Below the pieces are notes generated by a model. It worked only from the letters and a program-made list of their open reading frames with translations. It was not told the DNA's origin and did not search any database. A program made the translations under genes and the position numbers. From contig NIVC01002631.1 of NCBI GenBank assembly GCA_002269645.1, positions 62,001-126,000 on the forward strand: a stretch of DNA of 64,000 nucleotides, in the 5' to 3' direction. The first letter of the stretch is position 1. The number at the start of each line of letters is the position of its first letter. This stretch comes from Macrostomum lignano (taxonomy: Eukaryota). This document shows positions 24,071 through 37,500 of the stretch, one piece after another.

Positions 24071-24657
24071 TCAGAAATATTGACTGCAACTGCGCTCGTG
24101 CTTGTCCCTCTCGTGCTCTGTGACAAATTTTAATTGACACTTATTGCAATGCACTACACTTCCCGGATGTCTGCGCAAGTAGTGCGCTTTGAGGGTGCAG
24201 TTCTGAGCTGTTGAGTAGTTGCACACCCGACAGCTGTAGGGCCGTTCGCCCGTGTGCTTGCGAATGTGCACAGTTAAATGGCTCTTCTCAACAGTGGTGT
24301 AGTCGCAGCTGGGACACTTGTGCGGCTTGGAGTGACTGTGCTGAGACATGACGTGCTTGCGCAGGTGAATGTTCTGCCGGAAGGTGCGGGGACACAGGCT
24401 GCACTTGAATCTAAGATCCCTGGTAGCGGAGCGCGAATCAACGGATGGCGAAGGTCTGCTGTACGTGGCTAAAGCAGAAGGTTGTCTGGTCGATGGCGAA
24501 GTTTCAATGCCTGAGCTACTAGTACTGCTGCTGATGATTATGGGATTTAAAGACAGAGAGATGGGATTAGTCTTTGCTGCTTGCAGTTGCTCAGATTGCT
24601 CACATGATTGTTGTTGATAGGCCAAGGTATTTGACGAGTAGAATTCTGATAGAAGAA

Positions 24658-24692
<35 letters not shown>

Positions 24693-25758
24693 TGCTGAGG
24701 TGGAAGAGGCGGCGGCGGAGGCGGCGGCAGGAGCAGAGGCTGCTGGGAGACGATTCGGCTGACAGTCTGGATGGCTTTGGATGGCGCGGGGGCTATTGGA
24801 CGACGTAGCGTAGAGGAAATCGGGTCCAAGGCCGACGGCGAGGAGTCAACAATGCTAGCGATAGAAGCGACACCGGCGCCTGCACCGTCGATGTCGCCGA
24901 CTAGGGAAGTTGGAACGTCAACGCCGGCATCTTCTAGCAGCATATCAACGTCTAGATCGTCTAGTAGGGGCACAACGAAGTCCGTTTGGCATTCTGCGCT
25001 GCGTTTAGCAACTGGTGGACGGAGAAGGGCGCAGTCCGGCTGGAGACCGCAGCAGGCGTCAGTGTCGGCGTCGGGTGCATCAGCGGATGCAGCGGCGGCT
25101 GACGGCGGCTGCTGCTGCTGTACAGATGATCGACTGTTCCTAGCAGAGGCGGAGGCATCGGCAGCCGCTGCCGTCAGAATGCGTCGCTTTTTTGGTACAG
25201 CCAAGCAGCAGTCGGACTGGCGTTTAGCCGTTTTACCGTCGCTGTTGTCACCGCCGCCGCCGCCGCCACTGCCGCAGGAGCCTCTGCAGCCGCCAGCGCC
25301 GAAGCTATCCATGCAGCAGCAGCCACTGTCGGAGGCGCGCTGTTCTTTACTAGCCTTCAAGCAGCAGTCGTCTGGTAGGCCCTCCTCGTAAGGGCAGACC
25401 TGTCGCTTCAGGCAGGATCGGGTAGTCTGAGTGCAAGCCTCGGCCAGGCTGTTCTGATCCAGAAGCGGGCGCGGCCTGCCGCCATTCGAAAACGGGGCTG
25501 GTGCACTGCTAGCACCACTGCCAGGCAGAAGCAGAGTTCGCGCCAAAGACAGACAGTGCTCGGCTTGAAGGTGCTGCAGCAGGGCCCACAGTTCGTGCGA
25601 AATTTGCGCAGACATTTGGAGCATTCCAGAACTGACTCGGTGACGCTAGTTGAAGAGTAGCCAACGTTACAATTGGACACTTTATGGTTCAGGAATAGGT
25701 AGAAATCAACCACTTCGAATTCTGCGTGACAGGCGCCGCACGATAAATAGTCTGGCAT
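24071..25758 (-). CDS. BCL11/ZNF296-like zinc-finger transcription factor, intronless; one 1-nt frameshift near 25590 joins ORFs 25408-25758 and 24071-25624
   Basis: N-terminal CCHC finger LSCGACHAEF...FLNHKVSNC, then CSKC...LWALLQHLQAEH (BCL11-type second finger), and C-terminal C2H2 fingers including LTVHIRKHTGERPYSCRVCNYSTAQNCTL. Confidence 0.75.
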
Positions 25759-26611
25759 TGTGATGTTGTGAATCTTTCTGTTCTTCGGTGGCTGTTTTGC
25801 TCTTGTTGACGAATTGACAAGTCTGCTGATAGAGTTCAGGTCAGGCGGAGAAAAATCTTGTTTATGGAGTTTACTTACTAAGTTCTATGAAATATAGTCA
25901 TTCCCGCGCTGCTAATGCTAATATAGAAAGCTAGATAGCCCTTCCTGTCCCTCTACACTTTACCCTGAACGAAAGGGGGGTATAGAGCGGAGAGGAGAAG
26001 GGCAGAAATGTACATTCAACCTCGTCTCCACTGCGCTGCCACAACAGCGATGAGTTTGGGGGTTAGAAATGTACATTCTCAATCAACTGCGTACATCTGG
26101 AGGTTACTTGGTCTTTTCCATTTAACTACTGTCAGGCATTTCAGCTTCGCTAGTGAAAAAAGGCCCTTGAAACAGCCCAGTAACCGCCAAATGAGCCATC
26201 AAATCAACTCCGACCGATGTAACAAAAAGGAATAAAAGTAGGTGTGAATGTGAATCAAGTCGTGTGATGAAATATTGACGCCAGTTGTAAACGAGCCTTA
26301 ATTTTTTCACAGTAAGACACTACTGTAATTGTCGTTATGTTTTATGTTGTGTTGTACGGATGAACCTTTCCTAGACCTTCAACTTTCTGCTGTTATTTAC
26401 GAGTTATTTGTAACTTTATTTAACAATTTTCACCATAGGCGTAGGAACGGGGGGGCCCAGTGGGGCCATGGCCCCCACTTTTTTAAAATGGGGGGGGGTC
26501 AGTAATGGTATCTGGCCCCTCCACATTTTAAATGTAAAATGTAGACTTCTTGCTTATTTTTGGTTTTTTCTGCTTTGCATGAATGCATTTTGCTGCAGGG
26601 CGACTAAACAT

Positions 26612-26741
26612 AGCGCCTGCAGCGCCAAAATGAGTGCCTGCGGCGTCAAAATGAGTGCCTGTGGCGCTAAAATGAGTGCCTGCGGCGCTAAAATGAGTGC
26701 CTGCGGTGCCAAAGGGAGTCCCTGCGGCGCCAAAATGAGCG
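26612..26741. repeat. 21-bp tandem repeat AAAATGAGTGCCTGCGGCGCT (about 6 copies)
   Basis: Direct tandem copies within a G/C-tract-flanked, MITE-like segment (about 26436-26850). Confidence 0.85.
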
Positions 26742-28461
26742 TTGACAACAAAATCCTTAAAATAATAGAAATTTAGGAATTTAGTCATGTACAAGTTGAA
26801 TTCTTGGCTTTGTCCCCCCACCATAAAATCCATATGGCGACCGCCCCCAGCTGCTTAAGTTTCAACTTCTCTCTTAACAAGTACAAACGTACATTAAATT
26901 AAGTAGTATACATGTTGCATGTATATACATCTATGGATAAGCAGGCAGTGGGCCCGATTGAGGTTGGGTTTGGAGGCTAAAACCTGCTTTAAATCTTTGG
27001 AAGAAGGGGGCTCTGTTGTAGAGCATTCTCAAAAAATTGAGCTGTAATTCAAGGCTTCATACTCAAATCCATTAATAAGTATTACTCAACAGGAAAAAAC
27101 ACAATTGACCAATGGTTCCGACATAAGCATATACAAAATCACCAACTATAGGCCTTTTCATATTGCTTGTTCGGGTTCTAGAACCAGATCCAATTTGTAA
27201 AGTATAACATTTGTCTCCTAAACTAGAGGGATATAAGTGCTTTAAAGTTGTGATTATTAAACTATGGCAATAGCCAAGAAAAAAGTGAAAAATTGTGCAA
27301 AGAGAAGCTGCAAGGCAGTCAAACATTCAGCAAAGTTAAATAGTTATACTGCTTTTTTCTTGGAAGATCCAAATCGATTCTGGTTCTGCAGGAATTGGTA
27401 ATGTAAAAAGCCTCCGTAACAACTTCTCCAACTGCAACAACAAAATTGCATTAATTGTACGTATATTAGCTAATTAAAAGTGAACATACAATCAGGAGAC
27501 AAAAAGTGCTGTATTAGAACTCTATATATACTTTAGAAAGTAAGTACACGTGTGAGCAATTTTGTTAAGAACAGTGATTATTTCAAATGCACTAAATTTC
27601 CTAGAACTAAATATAAAGTTCAGCATAAGATTCTCATTCATTTGCTGTCCGACACGTGCGCGTGCTATTTTTCGATCTCGGTCATACTCATACATGTAGG
27701 ACATAGCCCAGTTATTAAAATGCAGGTATTAAAAGAATGTAATTAATCAAGTTTTTCACTCTTGCTAGTGTAATAGTACCCACTTTCGTTTCAATGCTGA
27801 TGATGTATGTTTCCTTTTTTAATTCTAAAATTTTATTCATTTTATAACTAAAATACATAATAAGTATTGAGCTCTTCGGATCCTGTTGAATATATTCTCA
27901 GAAAGAAATCTTATAATAACTGTATATTTGCTCAAGTCTTACATTTCACAAGTCGCATTTAATAAAGTTTATATTATATGGTATTCTAGATTTCTACATA
28001 GTGGCTATTAAAATCAATGGCATGTAATGATGTAAGATTGTGAGGCAAAAATTGTGTTTTTTCTGGTTCCCACTTCCCATCAAAATATTTATTGCAGTTA
28101 TAAATTATGCTAGGCCTAGCTTAAGCCTGTAGAATATTTTTCTATTTTTAGATTAGTATATTGTCTATAGATTTTAATATGTATATAAAATACAATCAGG
28201 TTATTCATAATACCTGTCTGTATATTTTTTATTAATGTGTACACAGTTTTTCTATATACTTTTAATGCTATATTGGAAGTAGTATCATATGAAATTTTAG
28301 AGATTGGAATCAGGTGTATATATAAAATCTATAGGCCCTCTACTATATAATATTGATCATTCAATAAAGTAGAGAAGATGGCTTTGGCCTATATAAAGCA
28401 ACCTTTAACCCAAAGGCAGTGGCAATGCAGGCAGAGGGCAGAGGAGCCTGCTGCTCCTAGC

Positions 28462-28650
28462 CAGTAGCGCAACCAGAAATTTTTCAAGGGGGGCGGATTC
28501 TGAGGGTAAAGTCACGGGAGGGGGGGGGCGGCGGAGGGGTGGCTCTGTTTTTGGCGAAAATTCGCTTGGTCCCCCCTTTGATTTTTTTTCGGTCCCCTGC
28601 CTAAGGGGGGGGGCCCCCCCCCTCCCCCCCCCCCCCTGGTTGCGCCACTG
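28462..28650. mobile_element. hAT-type MITE (189 bp)
   Basis: 15-bp TIRs CAGTAGCGCAACCAG / CTGGTTGCGCCACTG (1 mismatch) and a perfect 8-bp TSD CTCCTAGC (28454-28461, 28651-28658). Confidence 0.9.
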
Positions 28651-29344
28651 CTCCTAGCTGGGTGAGTACCCTTCTATCCCCCTGGGAGATATCTACCTTT
28701 TTATCTCTCTATAAGGTGACCAACTATATTTTTTTAGCAAAAGCTTATTATATATATTTTGTAAGATTTTAGAATATATGCTGCTCTAATTATAAAATTT
28801 TGCTAGAAGAAGGGGTGACTACCCAACCACTCCTTTAATTGGAAGTGCTGTATTACCACTGTCTAAGGAGATATAAATGAGGGTAAATAATTTTGTAATA
28901 GCTAAACATATAAGTGTCATTCAAGTATATATTTAAATGATGAATTTTACATGTATATTATTATTTTAATCTTTAAAATGCAGATTTTTTTCATATTTTA
29001 TATACACTTTTAATCAATTTTTATCAGCTTTAATTATAATTTAAATTTAAAGCTTAGATTATCAAAATATATGCCTAATTAAATACCATTGGTAGACAAG
29101 TTAGTGGCAGATAAGTTACTGGCAGATAAGCTTACTTGTATATATTTTGGTAGATAATTTGATAGTAGACATGTTGGTTTAATAGACAAAATGACTAAAA
29201 CCTTATTTAAGGCAGGTAGGCCTAAGAAATAGAAAGGAGAGTAAACTATACTTAAACCTTTTCTTAAACCAATATAAATATTAGGCATCTTAAACTATAA
29301 AAAACAAGGCAAAATGAAAGTGGCCCTGGCTATGAGAAGGTCAG

Positions 29345-32300
29345 TGCTGTGACTATAAGCCAAGCTTTGCTTCTAAGCGCACTGTACGCTTTAGTGATCT
29401 ACGTGTAACAAGAGCAAGCTAGGCTTGCAGAAATAAATGAAAAGACAAGAGCCGAGGATTGGCTAGTTAATTTAACATTTTTAGTTCCAGACTCATTCCT
29501 TTGATTTGTCACAAAAAACAAAAGACACAACAGTGGCGTCGCAAGCAGGATGGCACCACCAACACCGGCAGCTGAGAAAATGGCATTGTCAGTGAAGTCT
29601 GCAGCAAAGACAGTGACTAAGGATGGCAAAGTGCCACTGTCTTCGAGTCTGGAATGAATCGGCCAAACTGCACAATTCCACCAGCCAATGATTGGAAACA
29701 ACATGCTCAACATGATCAACATTGAGAAGCTGGAGGAAGGAAAGTCATTTCCACGATGGATGGAATGCTTCACAGTTACGGCCAATCTCTGCAAATGGGG
29801 AGAAGAAGAAAAGGCGCAGATTTGCTCATGCGTCTGTCTGCTGGTCTGTATGACACTCTTGCGGATCATCTGGCTCCTACATTACCGAGCACAATGTCTT
29901 TCGAAGAGCTCAACAATGCGCTCAAGGAGATCCTGGTGTCTAAAACATATGTCCTGTCTGAACGGTATGCCTTTCAAAATGCCAAGAAGGACGCAAAAGA
30001 AGGCATTCGAGCATTTGCTGAGAGGCTGCTCAAAGCGTCGGATAAATGTGCATTTAGCAACAAGGAGGAATGGCTCCGGGACCAATTCATCTGCAGACTG
30101 AATGACAAGGTCATCATAGCAAAGCTGCTAATCCGAGATTTTGAGGATCTAACCTTCAAGGCTGCTGTGGCGGAAGCCGAGGCGTATGCGTCACTGAAGG
30201 ACACACAAATAATGCAGTCAGCGACGGCATCAAAAGCGGAAGGGACGGTCATAAAAATCGGCAGCTCAAAGCCTAAACTGTCAAAGCCGATCCCACCCAG
30301 AGGAGACAAGAAGTGCCCTCATTGTGGTGGCAACCAGCATCCAACGACAGCATGTCCGGCTATGGAAAAAACCTGCAAGAGATGCGGTAAGCAAAACCAC
30401 TTTCAAAAAGCATGTCGGTCAAGCGTATCCGGTCAACAGAACTTTGTGGCTGAGGATTCTGCAAAAGAGACATTTTGCACACTGACACTGGCAGAGAAGC
30501 GTCGTGCTCTACAGTGAAGCTGGCATGTCAAGTAGAAGGCAAAATGCAATCCATAATCTGTCAGATTGACACAGGAGCTTCGGTTTCAGTTTTGTCCAGC
30601 AAGCTGTGGTGGAAATTTGGAAAGCCGAAGTTGCGAGGTAGCACCTCGACTTTGGTGGGCTACACCGACGGACACAAATTCGACCAGTTGGGTTCATTGC
30701 CTGTCGTCACGGAATGGAAAGGAAGAAACATCAAGATTACGTTTCAAGTAGTCACTGCAACTTTGCATTGCTCGGACGAGGTGTCATCAAATTCAATCCG
30801 GAATGCGTCTCTATTGGACATACAAAGATGAAGGATTCAGTTCCGTTCTAGGCAAGCTTACGATTAGTCGATGGCGCAGTGCCCAAGTACATCAAAGCGA
30901 GGCCTGTGCAATTCGCATTGCGCGAGCGTCTGAAATGCGAGATCGACAAGCTTGTGACTGACGGAGTTATCGAGCAAGTTAGCTTTTCGCAGTGGGCGTC
31001 ACCCATTGTGACTGTGCAAAAACCCAATGGCGGTCTCAGGATCTGTGTCGACTATAAGACGACAGTCAATCCACAGCTACAGCAGGATAGCTACCCGTTG
31101 CCGACAGTTAAAGAAGCATTCGCAGCAGTGACAAATTGCAAATACTACACGATTCTGGATCTCGAGAAAGCATATAACCAGGTGCACCTAGACGACTCTT
31201 CCAAGGATATCACTGATGTCTACTCTACACCATTCGGGAACTTCAGATACAACCGTCTAGTCTTCGGGTTAAAGACTGCCCCCAGTATTTTCCAACGTTA
31301 CATTGTGGAAGTGATTCAAGGAATTTCTGGAGCAGTAGCATATGTCGATGATCTTCTCATTGGCGGCGAGACCGAAGAAGACCTCAGAGACAGAGAAGCC
31401 GAAGTTAGAGCACGGTTAGCCAAGCACAACTTGACAGTAAACGAGGAAAAATGTCAAAATGCAGACTCGGGTCCGCTTTCTGGGTCACATTCTCGAGTCG
31501 GGACAGTGAAGCCAGATGAAGAGAAGGTGCGCGCGTTAAGGGAGATGTCAGCCCCTAAAAATCTACCGGAATTGGAATCGTTTCTTGGCCTCGTTAATTT
31601 CTGCGGTAAATTTATTCGCAACCTCGCAGAACTCGCAGAACTCACAGCTTAGACGTAGAGGAGCCGAATTCACTTGGGCAGACAAGCACGAACAAGCCTT
31701 CAATAAGATCAAGATGGCACTATCAACTGAGTCTATGTTGCATTCGTACGATCCGAAGAAACCAGTGGAAATCGAATGTGACGCTTTGCAGGTGGCCATT
31801 GGTGGCGTGCTCTCTCAGGAAGGCAGGCCCATAATCTTCATAATTAGCAAGTTGTCACCGGCGGAAAAATATATTCGCAGATCGAACGCGAAGCATTAGC
31901 GATTGTCTGGGGAATTCGGCGATGTCACCGGTTTCTTTGTGGCAGAGAATTCTCGCTAGTAACTGACCACCGCCCTCTGACCTTCGTGTTCGGACCCTCC
32001 AGTCAGCTACTAGAAAGGGTTTCGGCGCGCCTGCAAAGATGGGCTATTTTATTGTCCGGCTACGACTACAGCATAACATATCGGAAGTCGGTGGAAATGC
32101 GATCTAATGCACTATCTAGGCTTGTAAACGCTTCGATGGAGGCTCCAACTCACGTGATTGGTCCAATCCATCTTTCAGAAAGTCATCTGCTCAAGCTGAC
32201 CGTTATTCGGTTTTGGTCCAGGAAGTGCCACGAACTGCGAAATCTCCGAGAGGCAATTCAAACTGGACAGTTCTCGAACAGTGAGATGCGTAGCTACAAA

Positions 32301-33715
32301 CCACTGGCTGGAGAACTAACAACTGAAGGAGACTTGGTGCTTCGTGGGTCCAAGATAGTGTTGCCAGTTGCACTTCGAGATAAAGCAGTGAACGCAGCTC
32401 ACGGTGTACACCTAGGCATGACACGCACTAAGTCTCTGATCTATTGCGCGAGTACTTCTGGTGGCCAGGTGTCGATAAGGCGGTAGAGCGTGTAGTTGGT
32501 TGTTGTCTTACATGCAAGAAGGCGAAGCCTCTAAATCGGAATTTCCGAACTTCATGGCAAGCACCACAAGGCCCCTGGGATCGAATTCACATCGATTTTG
32601 CGGGTCCGATAGAAGGAAAATATTTGCTCGTCATGATTGATTCTCATTCGAACTATCCAGAGGTGACACGGGAAATGACGTCCGCTACGGTAATCTTGAG
32701 GTTGAGAAGAACATTCTCCCAGCTAGGGGTACCGAGAGTCCTGGTGTCCGACAATGGATCAAGCTTTGTTAGCCAAGAGACACGAGGTTGGTTGACTCAA
32801 ATCGGGTGCGATCATGTAACGACCCCAGCATACCACCCAGCTAGCAACGGTCTGGCTGAGCGATTTGTTCGTACAATAAAAGAAGCTGTCAGTGCAAATG
32901 GATTTTCCCAAGCCGCAATCAACAGGTACCTTCTATTCTACCGTGCATCAGCGGGCAAAGGAGGCACATCACCAGCAGAATTACTGATGGGAAGAAAACT
33001 GCGTGTACCTTTGATGCCAGCAGCTGGATGGAGTCCTGGTGAAACCGTAGTGTACAAGACGGAGAAGTCAACACACGAGGCCAGGCTGATCAATCCATTG
33101 GGAAGGAATACCGCAATTGTCAAGCTGGAAGACGGAAGATTCCAGAAAGTGCACAGAGATCAACTTCAACGAACAAGCTCAGACCCAAAGTCCCAGGGAG
33201 ACGATCAATTAGATTCGAACAAGGATGTCAGCATTGGAAACCCAATGATGCGTGAAAACGATGGCAACCCTGCTGGAAAGCATGTGCCCGATGACGATGG
33301 CATTTCGGAACTGCAAATGGATTCTGAAGCCTGAGTCAGTCCGAGTGGACCATGCGTTTAAGCCAGCTATACCAGAATTGCCACGGCGCAGCACGCGGCT
33401 GGAGAAAAGGCAAGAGTGAATTACAAGGAGTGACTATTTTGAGACTTCCTTGATCACTCAAGTTTGAAACTTAAACTGTTCAAGTTATTTTTATAAAAGG
33501 GAGAGATGCTGTGGCTATAAGCCAAGCCGAACCATAAACAAAATAATTTGCTTCCGAGCGCACCGTACGCTTTAGTGATCTACGCGTATCAAGAGCAAGC
33601 TAGGCTTGCAAAAATAAATAAAAAGACAAGAGCCGAGGATTGGCTGGTTAATTTAACATTTTTATTTCCAGACTTGTTCCTTTGATTTGTCACAAAAGAA
33701 ACAAAAGACACAACA
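29345..33715 (+). mobile_element. Gypsy-type LTR retrotransposon, degenerate (element 1)
   Basis: LTRs 29345-29532 and 33507-33715 (TG...CA); TSD GTCAG; PBS TGGCGTCGCAAGCAGGAT; PPT AAAAGGGAGAGA. Confidence 0.95.
29550..33334 (+). pseudogene. Frameshifted gag-pol of element 1 (gag with two CCHC knuckles, protease, RT, RNase H, integrase)
   Basis: CPHCGGNQH..C and CKRCGKQNHFQKAC; IDTGAS; RT with LDLEKAYNQ and YVDD; ECDA..VAIGGVLSQ; WWPG..HIDFAGP..VSDNG..SNGLAERFV. Order PR-RT-RH-IN; many indels and stops. Confidence 0.9.
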
Positions 33716-34547
33716 GTCAGGACCTCCTTGACCCCTTTTTATTAAAGGCAAAAGAGCTATGTGTACCTTAGTAGACTTTTAGCAACATTGTTATATAAAC
33801 TAGTAAGAGGCATTATTGTCTATTTTGCCAACTTTCCTAAGTAGATATACAACCATATAACTCACCTAGGAGTATTTAAAAAACTATAATTATTTTATTT
33901 TGTTATTTTTTATATTTATAACTAACCTAGCTGATCGCGAAGAAGGCCAATAGGGGCATGGGGGTGAGGACGACAGGGTGGACTTTTTGCAGCGCCAGCC
34001 AGCTGTCTCTCCCATCGCCTTGAATGTCAGGTGTCGACGGAGAGAATAATTCCCGTCTTCTACCTTCCCAGCCCGCGTGTGCAGATTTTAGAAAACGGAA
34101 AACGAGTAGCCGAAGTTTAGGCTTTGTTCCTGCCTCCCAGATTTCCAATTTACACGCGAACGAATCCCAATAGGTGTGCACTCTTTTTGCCCTTCACTTT
34201 ATCCTCTCCTCTCTAGCTGCACAATTTCTGCATGCAGTCGAATTCTTCAGCTTAGTGCACCCGAGCCCCTGGGCTTCTGCTTGACTTTGCACTTTTTGCT
34301 TCTTGACCGTGACGACCAGCAGACAGTCGTCCCTCAGTCTCTCCCTTAATGGCTAAGGGATCCGATGTACAACCCCCCGTTCGTGCTGGCTGAACTATAA
34401 ACCCCTAGCATTTTCTTTCCTTTCGCCGCAGTCTCCTTACCCCCGGGTTCGCTTTTAATATTCCGGTGTTTGAACTGGTATTTTGGTAGCAGGAAAAACT
34501 TCGAAATAGCGGCTCGAACCAGTTTTGGTTGCATTTTGATCACTGAC

Positions 34548-37500
34548 ATGCACTCCGGTGGAACTGTCGTTTCAGCCCGTCAGCGCCAAGGTGCCAATGG
34601 CAGCAGCAAAGGTAGCGGCAGCGGCGGGGGAAGCGGCAAAGAGAGCCTGCAGGAAAGGCAGCTGAGGCGGCAGAGGATTGCCCGCGAGAGGCGCATGCAA
34701 GAGCTGCATCAGCAACAGCAGCAACAGTCTGAAGAATACGAACAAAGACCTCAGCAACAGCAGAGACATCAGGAGTACCAGCATGAATCAGAACCAAGAC
34801 CTCAGCAACAGCAGAGACATCAGGAGTACCAGCATGAATCGGAACAAAGACCTCAACAAAGATACCAAGCATCAGAACAAAGACCTCAGGTTTCTCAACA
34901 GCCGCAACAAAAACTGCAGCGTCAGGGGGCCGTAGAATCCACTGGTCTGGTCTGCTTTCAGCTGACTTCACCAACTCAGCTGTCCCCTTCGCCCTCCTCC
35001 TTCTCGGCTCGCACAATCCTGTCTCCGAGTCCCGCTCCGTCAGCTTCACCTTCTGTCTCCGGCGTCGTCTCGAATCCCATAGACGATTTCTCCTACTTGT
35101 CGGTGTCGCAACGGCGAGCCATGTTTTCCTCTTCGTCGAATTCCACATCCGGCGGCGGCAGCGGCGGCGGCAGCGGCGGCGGCAGTAACTGCGGACGTCG
35201 TCTGAACCGCTCAGAGCGGCGCCTTCGCTCTCGCACTCTGCCCATATCGGTTGAAGATCTTGAGAAAGCAGCAGCACTGGCAGCCTCTAGCGGTGGCGGC
35301 GGCAATGATGCCGCTTCTGTTGCTCCGGCCGCAGCCGCTGCTATCGATGATGAACAAGCCGCCCAGGCAGCTGAGGAATGCGCCGCTGGTGGCCTGTCCA
35401 TTGCCGAGCGCGCCCTGCGATTGGTTCGCCAGCAACAGGAAGACGTGTCAAACGCGGCAGCCGCGGCTGAAGATATAAAAGATGAAGCCGCGGCTGAGCT
35501 GTCGCAGCTTCCCGCCGTGTCCGGCATCATCAGTCAGTGGTGCCAGCAGCCACTGCGTCGGATTAGCGACGTGAAGTCCCCAGCATCCGCTGCTGTTAAT
35601 CGACTGTGGCCGGAAGTTGAAGAGACGGTCAACGAACAGGGCGGAAGTCACGTGGACGAGCTGTCCAGGTGACTAAAGCTTCTGCGCGCCGTTCTTTGAA
35701 TTTCTAACATCCGTAAAGTGGACTATGAAAAGTGTGTGAGCGAGTGTGTGTGTATGAGTGCGTGCCTGAGATGATGTCTCCGAAGGCTTTGCGAGACAAT
35801 CGTAAAAAATACAGAATTTCCAGTAAAAATGTGGCACTGTCGTACTGTTAATAAATATCCAATAAAAATATTCTTGCTCAATCTTTGGCTGCAGTCTGTC
35901 CCTGTCGGCAAAGCGTCAGATGTTTCTAACCAAAGCGTGCACCGTTACAACCAGCGGCGCAAGAGACTCGGATAGCGACACTGCTTCAGTCAGTTCTTTG
36001 AGGCGAAGAAGACGGTTGCGCAATCAGACAACTGTACGAAAATGCTTTATCGTAGATTGAATTCAGCATGCTTCAACAATTAGCATAGATTAGCATTTCT
36101 GTTTTTCCGTTTGAATTAGAAAGAAAATTTATGCATGCTTTGCGTTTGCTAAAATTAGTTTTTAATTGTTTAGGCATTGTGTTTTACTAACCATATATAC
36201 GATTGTCTGTACAGGTGCAATATCATTTGTTTTTCCAAAATAATTTTATTACGTTGGAATTTGTTATAAACATCTAGAAATTTGATTATTAATTTAGTAA
36301 TCGTTTTGAAACACACTAACCTTCGCATGAATTTTTCTTCGTTTAATTTCGTTTGTCTGAAATAATTTACTGAGGGGTCGGCCTTGTGTTAAAAATCTAC
36401 CCCCCTGATTTTTAAGCACGCTATGGCCAACCCCGAATGTACATGTCACATCCCCTGACCCACCCCATAAGCCATAGACTATTCAATCAATGCACCCACT
36501 CTCTATACCCCTTAATGTACACACGCCCTGACCAATTAATTAATCAATGCACCCACTCTCTATACCCCTCAATGTACACACGCCTTGACCAATCAATCAA
36601 TGCACCCACTCTCTATACCCCTCAATGTACACACGCCTTGACCAATCAATTAATCAATGCACCCACTCTCTATACCCCTCAATGTACACACGCCTTGACC
36701 AATCAATTAATCAATGCACCCACTCTCTATACCCCTCAATGTACACACGCCCTGACCAATCAATTAATCAATGCACCCACTCTCTACACCACTCAATGAA
36801 CACACGCCCTGACCAATTAATTAATCAATGCACCCACTCTCTATACCCCTCAATGTACACACGCCCTGACCAATTAATTAATCAATGCACCCACTCTCTA
36901 TACCACTCAATGAACACACGCCCTGCCCAATTAATTGATCAATGCACCCACTCTCTACACCACTCAAAGTACACACGCCCTGACCAATCAATTAATCAAT
37001 GCACCCACTCTCTACACCACTCAATGATCACACGCCCTGACCAATTAATTAATCAATGCACCCACTCTCTATACCCCTCAATGTACACACGCCCTGACCA
37101 ATCAATTAATCAATGCACCCACTCTCTACACCACTCAATGTACACACGCCCTGACCTAACTTCATTCGTGCACGCAAGCCTTTTGCCATCCTTCCAAGCT
37201 TGGATTTCCGCTCCGATATTAATGAAAACAACTCATTAAAAAGCAATAATAATTTATACGCTATGATAGAAATATTACCTCATATTTCAGCCAGTCACGC
37301 TGGAAGATGTTGCCAGCTTGTTCTTGAAAGACGGTGACGATAATAAATCTTCAACTATGGAGACGGCAGTGACTACTACTGGTGAGTAGTGCGAGATGTG
37401 ATTTTAGTTTATCCGCTATGCTAAAATTAGACCAGACAAATTTACAAGAGACAAACAGTTATCTCATTGAAGTTTCCGCTGGCGATAAGACCGAGTTACT

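Noticed and set aside
26436-26860. hAT-like MITE starting CATAGGCGTAGGAAC
   Set aside because: No matching right TIR or TSD was found; only the internal 21-bp repeat is reported.
27060-27450. Degraded minus-strand frame (..ECLTALQLLFAQFFTF..) as a transposon accessory ORF
   Set aside because: Multiple stops and only a vague resemblance.
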